This document shows, piece by piece, positions 49,201-57,835 of a DNA stretch of 64,000 bases (positions within the stretch are counted from its first letter, which is position 1; the number at the start of each line of letters is the position of its first letter). Location of the stretch: the IMG/VR virus record IMGVR_UViG_3300017909_004705; one strand, given 5' to 3'. Source of the stretch: a virus. Its lineage: Duplodnaviria; Caudoviricetes. The translations under genes and the position numbers were made by a program. The notes beneath the pieces were generated by a model. That model saw nothing but the letters and a program-made list of their open reading frames with translations, did no database searches and was not told where the DNA came from.

Positions 49201-49720
49201 TTGGATTGCCGAACAGTTGTCCTGTCTGGTTGGCCGCGTTAAGTATGGCTGTGAATTGTTCTCTGTAGTTTGAGTTGGCAGAATCATTCCATATGATTGT
49301 GCTGTTCGCTAGATTTGTTCCGGTGCTGTCTAGTACGTCCTGCGTGGTTGAAATAGAATCTATCTTCAACAATCCTGTGGCTGGCTTGTTTCTCTTTGCA
49401 TTGTAGTTGATTAATCTTGCTAATCTCAGCACAGAGTTTCTTCTCTCCGCTGTCTCGAGGAAATTTTCCCTTGCGTTCAAGTCCACCCTGAATGACAGTG
49501 CCTGGGAAATGTAGGCTATCAGATCTATTAGTGCAACGTATTCCGAACTTTCAACAAAGTCATTGAAATCGTCTGGATAGTTCTCCCTGAGATAGGCAAC
49601 CATGGTCCTTCTAAGAGTCTCAAAGTCATAAGATTTGAAATCTGCCTGCTGGAAAGCCTGGTAGATCTTTCTCCAATCTTCCGCTACAAGTAATCTGTTC
49701 TGTCTATCTGTTGTGGCCAT
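46232..49720 (-). CDS. gp6: Baseplate wedge protein, T4 gp6-like
   Basis: DFETLR...ENFLETA...LARLINY; LVFGDG; SQNRMITAEDY. Confidence 0.85.
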   Translation of the reverse strand: MATTDRQNRLLVAEDWRKIYQAFQQADFKSYDFETLRRTMVAYLRENYPDDFNDFVESSEYVALIDLIAYISQALSFRVDLNARENFLETAERRNSVLRLARLINYNAKRNKPATGLLKIDSISTTQDVLDSTGTNLANSTIIWNDSANSNYREQFTAILNAANQTGQLFGNPRESGQIGGIDTEVYTLSSNQLDLPIFKFSKSVGGISRGFEIVSSRITGSDSIYESDPVPGSGLTYTYRSDGSGDSSNNTGFFFLFKQGTLQQTDFTIDASVTNFVKPLDITNVNDTDVWLYKLDQFGQIAEVWNKVPALSGNNAIYNSLSRSERNIYNVVTKNDDAVDLVFGDGNFSNIPLGSFRAYVRVSDNAKYAIQSSDMQNVQLTVPYTDANGAQQSLTMTISLKAAVYNAAATETNDSIKEKASQVYYSQNRMITAEDYQVVPLSASQEIVKVRSVNRSASGISRAKEILDPTGAYSNVSTFAEDGILYREESTQQFTFTFNNRSDIQSTIDADIEAKLKNAYARQFYYLKYATKDVSGLTATWNSTTTSTNTNTGFFTSGGALVIGDSATSNLKYAKPGALIKFTSPDTREFLNNTLVTAGTDEAEDRLWAKIGAVVLDGANGGKGNLETGVGPVTLNNVVPDGSVINAIIPNLTTSFSSTLETDIIDRIEAFEEFGLRYDVDSESWKVITSTNLSTSSVFSLADTGSITGTNADASWWFKFTNDGNTYTVQYRKLDYIFESESQNKFHYDVEERIYDYKTGKSVKDTVKLLKTNSIVSTGNSVGYPITWQVVDTVTESDGFQDNRKVQVGFFDDDDDGVVDNPELFDIIIEPTLAESTKFVFFEKYTSYDNIERFRPYAASNFVVSEKEADITLSSATYSDNQLFYFYASDEDVIKKYDSTTNTLSTSTDYIARKGRSSLSFQYKHHAGQETRIDPSVSNIVDVYMLERTYDNLFRIYLQDGGTAPETSTSDQLRINYSGILNPLKSLSDQIVYHPVKYKVLFGSTANEELQATFKVVKNPKTNVSDAVIKTRVIAAINEFFALDNWDFGDSFYFTELAAYVHNELAPDLLTVVIVPNQSGQSFGSLFQLNSAADEIFISGATVDDVSIITALGANQLAASGSVVTSVSTATTNSTTGSAVSGSTTTGSGSSSSSGSSGSGY

Positions 49721-49734
49721 TGTATATACAACGG

Positions 49735-49742
49735 TATTTATA
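49735..49742 (-). promoter_or_regulatory. T4-type late promoter TATAAATA
   Basis: Exact TATAAATA on the minus strand, 14 nt before the gp6-like ATG. Confidence 0.75.
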
Positions 49743-49762
49743 TGTTAGGAAATGTGCGTATA

Positions 49763-50176
49763 TTAAGATAGACGCAATAGAGAGTTTTCGTCGAAATTAA
49801 ACCGCAGTTTTTCAGTGATATTCAAAGGAACATAGGTGATGGTTGCCTGTATGGCTATGCCCTTATCGGCCTCTGTTACCAAAATTTCTTCTGTGGAGAT
49901 CCTTGGATCTGCGTTGAGATTCGCTGTTATATCCTCAACAATGGCCTCCTTAAGATCGTCCGTGAATGGTTCAAATATTGCGTCATATATGATTGTGCCA
50001 AAATCAGGATTCTCAACCCTTTCGCCTTTACGCACACTCAATCGGTTGATCAGTCCTTGCTTGGCAACCTCGAAATCATAAAGTTTGAAGTTCCGCTTAT
50101 CTGCACGTGAACTAAAACCTTTAAAGGTCACTGTTTTGTTTGATAAGTCTCCTGTTCCTGAATCTCCGTATGCCAT
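49763..50176 (-). CDS. gp25: Baseplate wedge/sheath-initiator protein, gp25-like
   Basis: RKGERVENPDFGT.I...FEP...DPRI. Confidence 0.9.
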   Translation of the reverse strand: MAYGDSGTGDLSNKTVTFKGFSSRADKRNFKLYDFEVAKQGLINRLSVRKGERVENPDFGTIIYDAIFEPFTDDLKEAIVEDITANLNADPRISTEEILVTEADKGIAIQATITYVPLNITEKLRFNFDENSLLRLS

Positions 50177-50192
50177 ACTGTATATTTACTTT

Positions 50193-52142
50193 CTAAAACC
50201 TAAAAAAACTTCTCACTGCACTTATGCCTGTGTTAACAAATGATGCAACTTTTCCTTGGACAAAACTCATCACCGCCTCCTTAGGATCTAAATTGATTAA
50301 CTTTTCAATTTGATCTGCCTTGGTAACAAGCGAGTTAAGATTTTTAACAGGCAATTTAATCTTATCATTTAGATTGACGACCCTTGCCAGTTTATTAGAT
50401 ACTGCCTTGATAGATCTTTGTTTTAATAGTTCAGTTTTGATAACTTTAAATTCTGTGGCAGAAATTCCTAGGGCGTCCAAGTTCGCTATTGGCAGTTTGA
50501 TCTTAATGTTGAGTTTGCCCAGTTGATCTGCCACTGCCTTGATGCTTGGCTGTTCCATCAACTCCGCTTTGATACGTTCCAATTCAGTGGATGAAATTTC
50601 TGGATTTGTTCTCTTGATCTGTTCTATGATGTCATTAACAACACTTGCTTTCTTGATCTCTGCCATTGCTTCGTTGATGAATGTTTTTATTCTCTGAGTG
50701 CTACTCTGCCTGTCATATGGCTCATGTGTAACAAAATCAGATACCGTAGTCCTGTTTTCGATCTTGTTAGGCTTGCCTTGCAAGATGGCTTGGTCATCGT
50801 CTATGTCAATTAAGCCTTCTGTGACCCTTATCCCTATTGCATCGGGTTTGAGCCAACTTGGTCCCCATTGTTTACTAGCATTCTGTGAATTGAAGTGTAC
50901 TTGCGACCCTGCCAAATGAATCTGGCCACTGGCCCCATGTAGTTGTGTGCCATCTGTGAACGAGGATATGCCGTCTCTGGCATAGTGCCTCACCGCACCT
51001 CCCTGTGAACTGTTCAATATACCTTTTTGTCCCATTGCAAACAGATATCCTTCTGCGTTGATTCCAACATTTGTTTCTGACGTAAAGTTTATTACTCCCT
51101 TGGCGTGAAAATTAATGTTCATGTCTGAGTGCAGGTTGAAATCTCGACTTGTTCTCATATTGATTCCTCCATCGGAGTATAGGCTTACAGTACCATCCCT
51201 GTCCATCTCTATGAATGCCTTACCTGACCCATTAGCGATATACACCACGCCGTCTGTGTCGTGCATCAACAATTGGTGTCCCGATGCCGTCCTCAATCTG
51301 GTGAGTTGATTAGTTCCATCCTGTGCACCGTCGTCCATGACGAAACTGTGTCCTGGATCTCTGTCTGTCTTGATTTTAACATTCGATAAACCTATGTTCA
51401 ACACACGTGAATCATCACGTATCCTACCTGGGGTGTTCATGCCAAACACCCTGCTAGGAGATTCCCTACGAGCACTAGATGAGGTTGTGCCACGCACTGT
51501 GTCCTGTACCAGACCTTGTGCAGTCAGTTGATCTGCAAGTATGTCATTTATCGGGTATCTCCAATTCGCTAGATTGCTAAGAGTCTCGCCGTCCTGATAT
51601 CTTCTTTGATTTTTTTCTCCCGCGGGAAGGAAATCCGTGCCGTAATTTGTTTGACCGCTTATTCTCCGCTCTCTGTTAGTTGATCCAGAATACTCTGTAC
51701 GTGATGAAGAACCGTTTGCAGGGACCTGTTGATTAACAAGTGGTTTCTGTACGCAACCTATCCAGAATGCGGTGTTGTTTGACTGTTCTCCCTTGGCAAA
51801 TATCACCAACACGTCGGTGTCTATGTCGGGTGGTACCGCCCACATGCCATAACTGTGTTGTGTAGTTTTGTAACTGAATGGATCACTGTTGCTGACCGCG
51901 TTTATACTTTTGGCTCCGTAAAATGGCGAAAGGTACTGGCACCATATTATCTGCTCAGGACCTGGGTTAGTTGTCAACGTGAGGGCAGGTATGTTCACAC
52001 CAAGTCGACCCATCCTCAGTGGATCATTGGTGACCTTGACCGTCGCTATGTACGGACCCGCATCATTGTCAACGAACTTCTCTTTGAAGTCCTTCTGGTT
52101 GTCCTGTGTGTCTGTGAATCCTCTTGAATCGCTGTATGACAT
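50193..52142 (-). CDS. Baseplate hub/spike protein, gp5/VgrG-like, with no recognisable lysozyme domain
   Basis: DPLRMGRLGV OB-fold, PPDIDTDVLVIF, RTASGHQLLMHD beta-helix repeats. Confidence 0.8.
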   Translation of the reverse strand: MSYSDSRGFTDTQDNQKDFKEKFVDNDAGPYIATVKVTNDPLRMGRLGVNIPALTLTTNPGPEQIIWCQYLSPFYGAKSINAVSNSDPFSYKTTQHSYGMWAVPPDIDTDVLVIFAKGEQSNNTAFWIGCVQKPLVNQQVPANGSSSRTEYSGSTNRERRISGQTNYGTDFLPAGEKNQRRYQDGETLSNLANWRYPINDILADQLTAQGLVQDTVRGTTSSSARRESPSRVFGMNTPGRIRDDSRVLNIGLSNVKIKTDRDPGHSFVMDDGAQDGTNQLTRLRTASGHQLLMHDTDGVVYIANGSGKAFIEMDRDGTVSLYSDGGINMRTSRDFNLHSDMNINFHAKGVINFTSETNVGINAEGYLFAMGQKGILNSSQGGAVRHYARDGISSFTDGTQLHGASGQIHLAGSQVHFNSQNASKQWGPSWLKPDAIGIRVTEGLIDIDDDQAILQGKPNKIENRTTVSDFVTHEPYDRQSSTQRIKTFINEAMAEIKKASVVNDIIEQIKRTNPEISSTELERIKAELMEQPSIKAVADQLGKLNIKIKLPIANLDALGISATEFKVIKTELLKQRSIKAVSNKLARVVNLNDKIKLPVKNLNSLVTKADQIEKLINLDPKEAVMSFVQGKVASFVNTGISAVRSFFRF

Positions 52143-52164
52143 ACTTTAATTTATACTCCTAAAT

Positions 52165-54351
52165 TTATGATGATAAATTTGTTATATCACCTACTTGGTC
52201 TGTTATTTTTTTAAGTGCTTTGTCCTTGAGTTTCCTTTTCTCATCGGCTATGTTGACTTCTTTTTGGATCTCAGTGATTTCGGAAATAGCAGAGTTTGCC
52301 AACACAGGGGCAACTCCTTTGCCCTGCTGGTTGTCGAACCTGCTACAGTGCAGTGTCTGAGTGAACTGCCCTTGGTTGAAACTGCTTTCTATCTTGTTGA
52401 CCTGGTATAGCCCATTGAAGAACAGGTTCTCGTCTCTGAAGCGTTTGCCTTGACCATTGAACATAGTTCCTTCTTTCTCGTCTATGTCATCCGGCAGTCT
52501 GTACCTAACATTGATGATGGGTTGGAATTGGTCAGCGTTGAACCCACCAGATGCTGTGTCGTACACTTCGTTCTTATTACCAAACGCTACGGTGCCCTTG
52601 GGACCAAGAGGCACGTACATGTCCTGGCAGATGTATGTGGGATCTCCCAGTATGTCAAGCTCGATCCTCATCATATCAACATCCGGGTTGGTGAGATAAT
52701 CATAAAACTGCTGTGCCTTGTTGTCCTCACCTGCCACCGACGATAGTGTGTTTACACCCTTGATGCTGGAAGGATACTGTCTCAATGGTAGCAACGGTTC
52801 TGGATCTCTCTCACGTCCAAACACGTTTTTAAATGCTTCACCCACGTGTGTGAATAGTCCTTTCTCCACATAATCTTTGTCATCGCCCCTTACGTTACGT
52901 CTGTAGTAGGCAGTCTTGTAGTTGATCCTCAGACCTTGCACGTCCACGTTGTCACCTGTGTATATGAAATCGTATTCTTTGTGAACCATTCTACTCCAAT
53001 CAACGTTGGCAACGCTGATTCCTGGTGCAATTAATTTTAATATGTGTATCCTGAAGGGTATGGCCCTGTATATTATAATTTTAGGAGACATCTTTGTTAT
53101 GGGATCAATACGCTCGGGGTCTGGAGTTAAGACAGTGGTCTTTATCTTGAACCAGTCGACATACTGGTTGTTTACCAGTGTCTTCTCGAAATCTTTACTT
53201 TTGAATATAGCGGATAATTTTTGCGGATCTTTCAAAGTGGCGTTGTCATATTTTCCTGTGCTTCTGAGATAAGTGGTCCAAAAACTCTGTGCCAATTCTT
53301 GGAAACCGGTACCGCTCCTGACGGCGTCTTCGAACCATTTTGTCATGGCAATGCCACCGCTGGCCTGTGCAGATGCTTTTTTACCGTCCGGGTACGTTAT
53401 TGAATCTAACGAATAGGTGTCTTCAGAATCTGACACAGAACCACTGTTGTTGGCCGATTGTGTTTCATTTTTGTATTTTCCAGCGTTTTCGAACACCTCT
53501 GGATCTATTTCAAACTTGTATATGTCCTCATAGAGCCTTACCTTTTCTTTGATCTCATCCTCCATCTGTTTTTTGAGTACACGTTCCGCACTCCTGGCCC
53601 ATTCATTTACATCGTCGGCTTCTAATGGCATTCCTGTTCGTGGAAATTTATACCTGTCATCATAGGCCAGATCTGTGTAGGGCACTGCCACCACGGTATA
53701 CCTCGCACCACCTTCCGTGACATCCAAGTCCACCCTGCTGATCAGTATTGGAATCTTTCTTGTGTGGCTCTTGTTGGTGCTGTGTTGTGCGTATGCCCGG
53801 CCGTGTTCATCGACTCCCTTGAATTCTATTGTAAACAATAATGGGGCATCTTGGTAGTCCAGGAAGCCATTGAGTGCTGTGCAGGCCCTTACCTTTTCTA
53901 TGAATGTTATACCAAAAGGTTCATGTATCTCAAATTCCATTTTTGTGAAGTTTCCGAGGTTTCGTTCTGGGTTTGGACCCACAGTCGATATCATGTTCAC
54001 GTTTTCAATAAAAAGATCATGATTACGTGCCAAAATATCTATGCTATCTTGATAGTTCTCATAGAACTTTTGCCTGTCCTTCTGCTTAGATAAGATCTCC
54101 ACTACACTGTTGTTTTGGGCTTTGAATTCTCTTGTGGTCACATGGCTCCCGTCACCAATACCTCCGGTACGTGCAATGATGTCATGCACAGGATTTGTTA
54201 AAAATTTTCTTGATTGGTATTCGTTCTCTGTAATACCACTCAAAGTGAATATGGTGTTAAAAGAAGCGTACTGGTGCAGTACGTTCGGTTTTAGGAATGG
54301 CTTTGAGACCTTGCCGGATCCTCGAACATTGTTTTCATAGAATGATGACAT
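52165..54351 (-). CDS. Baseplate hub protein (gp27-like position)
   Basis: ILGDP and FNGLYQVNKIESSFNQGQFTQTL C-terminal hub signature. Confidence 0.7.
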   Translation of the reverse strand: MSSFYENNVRGSGKVSKPFLKPNVLHQYASFNTIFTLSGITENEYQSRKFLTNPVHDIIARTGGIGDGSHVTTREFKAQNNSVVEILSKQKDRQKFYENYQDSIDILARNHDLFIENVNMISTVGPNPERNLGNFTKMEFEIHEPFGITFIEKVRACTALNGFLDYQDAPLLFTIEFKGVDEHGRAYAQHSTNKSHTRKIPILISRVDLDVTEGGARYTVVAVPYTDLAYDDRYKFPRTGMPLEADDVNEWARSAERVLKKQMEDEIKEKVRLYEDIYKFEIDPEVFENAGKYKNETQSANNSGSVSDSEDTYSLDSITYPDGKKASAQASGGIAMTKWFEDAVRSGTGFQELAQSFWTTYLRSTGKYDNATLKDPQKLSAIFKSKDFEKTLVNNQYVDWFKIKTTVLTPDPERIDPITKMSPKIIIYRAIPFRIHILKLIAPGISVANVDWSRMVHKEYDFIYTGDNVDVQGLRINYKTAYYRRNVRGDDKDYVEKGLFTHVGEAFKNVFGRERDPEPLLPLRQYPSSIKGVNTLSSVAGEDNKAQQFYDYLTNPDVDMMRIELDILGDPTYICQDMYVPLGPKGTVAFGNKNEVYDTASGGFNADQFQPIINVRYRLPDDIDEKEGTMFNGQGKRFRDENLFFNGLYQVNKIESSFNQGQFTQTLHCSRFDNQQGKGVAPVLANSAISEITEIQKEVNIADEKRKLKDKALKKITDQVGDITNLSS

Positions 54352-54354
54352 CTA

Positions 54355-54654
54355 TTATATCCCTAGGTCGGTGTTCACGTTGCCTGGCTTAGGCAGTTGT
54401 ATTGTGACTCCTGGTTTGAAATCGTAGATTGGATCCTCTATCTGGTCTGGATTACGCTGTGCGAACACCCACCATAGCCTCGGGGTGCCATAGAGGTCAA
54501 AGGCCAGCAGATCTGGTCTGTATGCGTAAGTTCTTTCTATAGTGTATGATTGATCATCATCCTCTGCCGTGATGGTCCTTGGCACGAATGTCTCTAAATT
54601 AATCTCGTTCTGTGGAGTTGAGAAGTAGGGTGATGTCGCTGAATACTTGGCCAT
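54355..54654 (-). CDS. LysM-like baseplate protein (gp53-like)
   Basis: YRPDLLAFDLYGTPRLWWVFA.RN. Confidence 0.85.
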   Translation of the reverse strand: MAKYSATSPYFSTPQNEINLETFVPRTITAEDDDQSYTIERTYAYRPDLLAFDLYGTPRLWWVFAQRNPDQIEDPIYDFKPGVTIQLPKPGNVNTDLGI

Positions 54655-55481
54655 TAAATGAATCCTATGTCGCCTTCCCCCTTGCCACTCAGTTCACCAC
54701 GAGCAAATTCTGACAGAGAGAATTTTTTGAGAGATTCTCTGCTGTACACTGGCGTTACCAAAACTGAAATGTTAGACAGTGTGGGAGCCCATGACTGTGA
54801 CTCACCTGCAATAACTGCCTGCTGGAAGCCAGCGTCTGCGCCATTCAGTTGCCTGTATGGGGTGTTTGACTGTTTTGTAGAAATGTAATCAATACCTGGT
54901 CTCAGTTCAACGTTGAATGTGTTTACCACCACGGGCACTTTGTTGAACACATGATCACCGTAGCCCGACATGTGCATGATCGGTGGTGGATTGCCCTTTA
55001 GTGGTTGGCTATCTTTTCCGAAATACATCTTAGTAATAGTCCTTAGGAAATTGACGGTTGCCACCCAGTGCTTGGCATCATCAGAATTTTGTACAGGAAA
55101 TTCGCCAATTATGTTGTATGAGTCCACCTGTGAATTTTGGTAAGCCTGAAATGGATAGTTGCTGTGTGTCTGTGACAACGGATTGTAATTCGCGGAGTGC
55201 TGTATGACCACAGCAGGCGTCAACGGCCAAAATACACCACGTGATGGAATCAATGGGGCCATTAATTCGTTGTTACGTAAAATGGAGTCATAGACCTGGT
55301 TAGCGTTTGTTGGGATCTGTAGCCGCACACGCCAGTCTGTTTTGTCACCTCTTCCTGACCATTTGGCCCTTGCTTGTACCAGCCTGTTGTCAGGATTTAT
55401 ACCCGCACCCGTCAATCTGCCCAGGGTCCTGTTGAATATGCCCTGTCCCACGTTCTTTATTACCTTGCCAAGTGTTGCCAT
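54654..55481 (-). CDS. Tail tube initiator/baseplate-tube junction protein (gp48/gp54-like)
   Basis: WPLTP, THSNY, FLRTITKM.FG, GNPPP, VPVVV. Confidence 0.7.
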   Translation of the reverse strand: MATLGKVIKNVGQGIFNRTLGRLTGAGINPDNRLVQARAKWSGRGDKTDWRVRLQIPTNANQVYDSILRNNELMAPLIPSRGVFWPLTPAVVIQHSANYNPLSQTHSNYPFQAYQNSQVDSYNIIGEFPVQNSDDAKHWVATVNFLRTITKMYFGKDSQPLKGNPPPIMHMSGYGDHVFNKVPVVVNTFNVELRPGIDYISTKQSNTPYRQLNGADAGFQQAVIAGESQSWAPTLSNISVLVTPVYSRESLKKFSLSEFARGELSGKGEGDIGFI

Positions 55482-55489
55482 CTAAATGG

Positions 55490-55518
55490 TTGCTTTCCTT
55501 CGTAAAATTTCGTATACT
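55490..55518 (+). promoter_or_regulatory. Sigma70-type promoter for the gp55-gp47-gp46 genes
   Basis: TTGCTT(55490-55495), 17 nt, TATACT(55513-55518). Confidence 0.65.
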
Positions 55519-55525
55519 TTAACTA

Positions 55526-55533
55526 TATTTATA
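55526..55533 (-). promoter_or_regulatory. T4-type late promoter TATAAATA for the tail operon
   Basis: Exact TATAAATA on the minus strand upstream of 55481. Confidence 0.8.
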
Positions 55534-55620
55534 GGCATTATTTTAGGCGCACTTAATTCACCATACGGCACGATTCAACAGACCTGTTTGTGGTCATTTC
55601 AACGACAATGAAAGATAATT

Positions 55621-56604
55621 ATGAAACGAGTGAAATACCTAAACAACCGAGATCTGTTGGCACAGATACACGCCAGCAAAAACACATACTGCTCTTACGT
55701 CACACCTGAGGACGCACAGTATGACCTGATAGTACCCAACTTGAAAAAGATCAACGCAAGTGCAGTGGCACAGGCAAGGAAGATGAAGGCCAAAAGGCTG
55801 ACCCAGGAAGCATGGGAACAGGCCAAGGAGGCAGGGCTAAAGAAAATTAAATTGGCCGACTACACAGTTTCACCGAGAAAGATAGACAAGACCGACCTGG
55901 TGTTCAGGGTCATGATGTTCGATCACGTGCCCATGGACGACGAAAGAAAAAAGAATCCTAAAACGACAGCGGATCACCACAGCAAGGTGAACTTCCCTCC
56001 CTTCCAACACTACAGATTCGACAAAAAAGACAAACTGGTGTGCGTGGGCAAATCACACTGGGTGGGCGGAATGAACAACGGACACTTCTCGTCAGACCAT
56101 GGCAAGATGACCAACCAGTTGGCCACGATGTACATGAAACTGTGTGAGAGATACGGAACAAGGGCAAACTGGAGAGGGTACACCTACAATGATGAGATGC
56201 AGTCACAGGCTCTGATGCAACTGTCACAGATCGGACTACAGTTTGATGAATCAAAATCAGACAACCCATTCGCATACTACACGGCGGCCATCACGAACAG
56301 TTTCACAAGGATACTGAACATAGAAAAGAAAAATCAATCCATACGTGACGACCTGCTAGAATACAATGGCATGATGCCAAGTTTCACAAGACAAAATGAA
56401 AATGACGTAAGTGCACCATCGTACAAGAAGCGAATGAAGAATGTACACGGAGACGTACACGCTGTGAACAAAACAACATTAGCAAAACTTAACAAAGTTT
56501 TAAAGAAAAAAGGAAAACTTGACTCGGAAGATTTCAAAGATGTAAAATTCAAGAACAAAATAGACATGACAAATCACAAACCAACACTGAAGAAGAAATG
56601 GTAA
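55621..56604 (+). CDS. gp55: Late-transcription sigma factor, T4 gp55-like
   Basis: YLNNRDLL; NWRGYTYNDEM; FDESKSDNPFAYYT...SF.R; adjacent to gp47/gp46. Confidence 0.85.
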   Translation: MKRVKYLNNRDLLAQIHASKNTYCSYVTPEDAQYDLIVPNLKKINASAVAQARKMKAKRLTQEAWEQAKEAGLKKIKLADYTVSPRKIDKTDLVFRVMMFDHVPMDDERKKNPKTTADHHSKVNFPPFQHYRFDKKDKLVCVGKSHWVGGMNNGHFSSDHGKMTNQLATMYMKLCERYGTRANWRGYTYNDEMQSQALMQLSQIGLQFDESKSDNPFAYYTAAITNSFTRILNIEKKNQSIRDDLLEYNGMMPSFTRQNENDVSAPSYKKRMKNVHGDVHAVNKTTLAKLNKVLKKKGKLDSEDFKDVKFKNKIDMTNHKPTLKKKW

Positions 56605-56607
56605 CAT

Positions 56608-57627
56608 ATGTTTTTTAAGAAAGTAGCATGTTTCACTGACATACACTTTGGAATGAAAGGAAACAGTCGTGTACACAACGACGACTGTGAAGCGTTTATA
56701 TATTGGTTCATAGATCAGGCAAAACTGCACGGATGTGAGACCTGCATATTCCTTGGTGACTGGCATCACCACAGATCCGCCACAAACGTTTCCACAATGA
56801 ACTACACAGTCTCCAACATGGAAAGATTAGGCAAAGCGTTCGAGAAAGTTTACGTGATAATGGGTAACCATGATCTATATTACAGAGACAAAAGAGAAAT
56901 CAATTCAATGGAGTACATCAGAAACATTCCAAACATACAAATCGTTAACGAATGGTTGGTGGAAGACGATGTGGCAATCATACCATGGGTAGTGCAAGAC
57001 GAATGGAAGAAAATTGCAAACATGAAACAGAAATACGTGTTCGGACACTTCGAATTGCCTTACTTCAAGATGAATGCCATGGTAGAAATGCCGGATGTTG
57101 GTGGCATACAAACAGATCATTTTGCAGGATGTGGCAAAGTGTTCTCAGGACACTTTCACAAGAGACAGTACATGAAAAACGTGACATACATGGGCAATGC
57201 CTTTCCACACAACTATGCAGATGCATGGGATGACGATCGTGGAATGATGGTGTTGGAATATGGTGGCGAGCCCAAATACATCAACTGGCCGGACATGCCA
57301 AGATACATCACAATAAAAGTTTCAGAATTGCTGGAAGACCCAGACAAGTACCTAAAGCCAAAGATGTACGTGAGGGTGACGCTTGACATCAAAATTAGTT
57401 ACGAAGAAGCAAACTTTGTAAGGGAAACATTCATAGACAAATATCAACTGAGGGAACTACAACTGATACCCGAGCAGGTGGACAACGCCCAGCAACCTTT
57501 GGTAGAAGTTCAGAAGTTTGACAGCGTGGATCAGATCGTAATCAAACAACTGCAAGGCGTAGACTCAGAAGTCTACGACAAGAATATATTAACGGCAATT
57601 TACAACGATTTAGATGTCACGCATTAG
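56608..57627 (+). CDS. gp47: Recombination endonuclease subunit (Mre11/SbcD-like)
   Basis: DIHFG, GDWHH, GNHD, GHFE, SGHFH. Confidence 0.93.
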   Translation: MFFKKVACFTDIHFGMKGNSRVHNDDCEAFIYWFIDQAKLHGCETCIFLGDWHHHRSATNVSTMNYTVSNMERLGKAFEKVYVIMGNHDLYYRDKREINSMEYIRNIPNIQIVNEWLVEDDVAIIPWVVQDEWKKIANMKQKYVFGHFELPYFKMNAMVEMPDVGGIQTDHFAGCGKVFSGHFHKRQYMKNVTYMGNAFPHNYADAWDDDRGMMVLEYGGEPKYINWPDMPRYITIKVSELLEDPDKYLKPKMYVRVTLDIKISYEEANFVRETFIDKYQLRELQLIPEQVDNAQQPLVEVQKFDSVDQIVIKQLQGVDSEVYDKNILTAIYNDLDVTH

Positions 57628-57835
57628 TAAAAGGAAATTGTTAAAGGCCCTGAAAGGTGAATTAGAAGCACCAACCATGTCAGACACTATGATATTCGAC
57701 ATGTTCAAGAATCCACCGAGCCAGGAAGAATGGCTCAAAGGCTACAAAAGATGGGTCCAACAACAGGACCTGACTGCGTTACCAGAGATAGAAAAGTTAA
57801 TAAAAAAAAGTAAAAGAAAGAGAAAAAAGTGTTAA
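57614..57835 (+). CDS. Small basic hypothetical protein between gp47 and gp46
   Basis: 73-aa ORF overlapping both neighbours. Confidence 0.6.
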   Translation: MSRISKRKLLKALKGELEAPTMSDTMIFDMFKNPPSQEEWLKGYKRWVQQQDLTALPEIEKLIKKSKRKRKKC

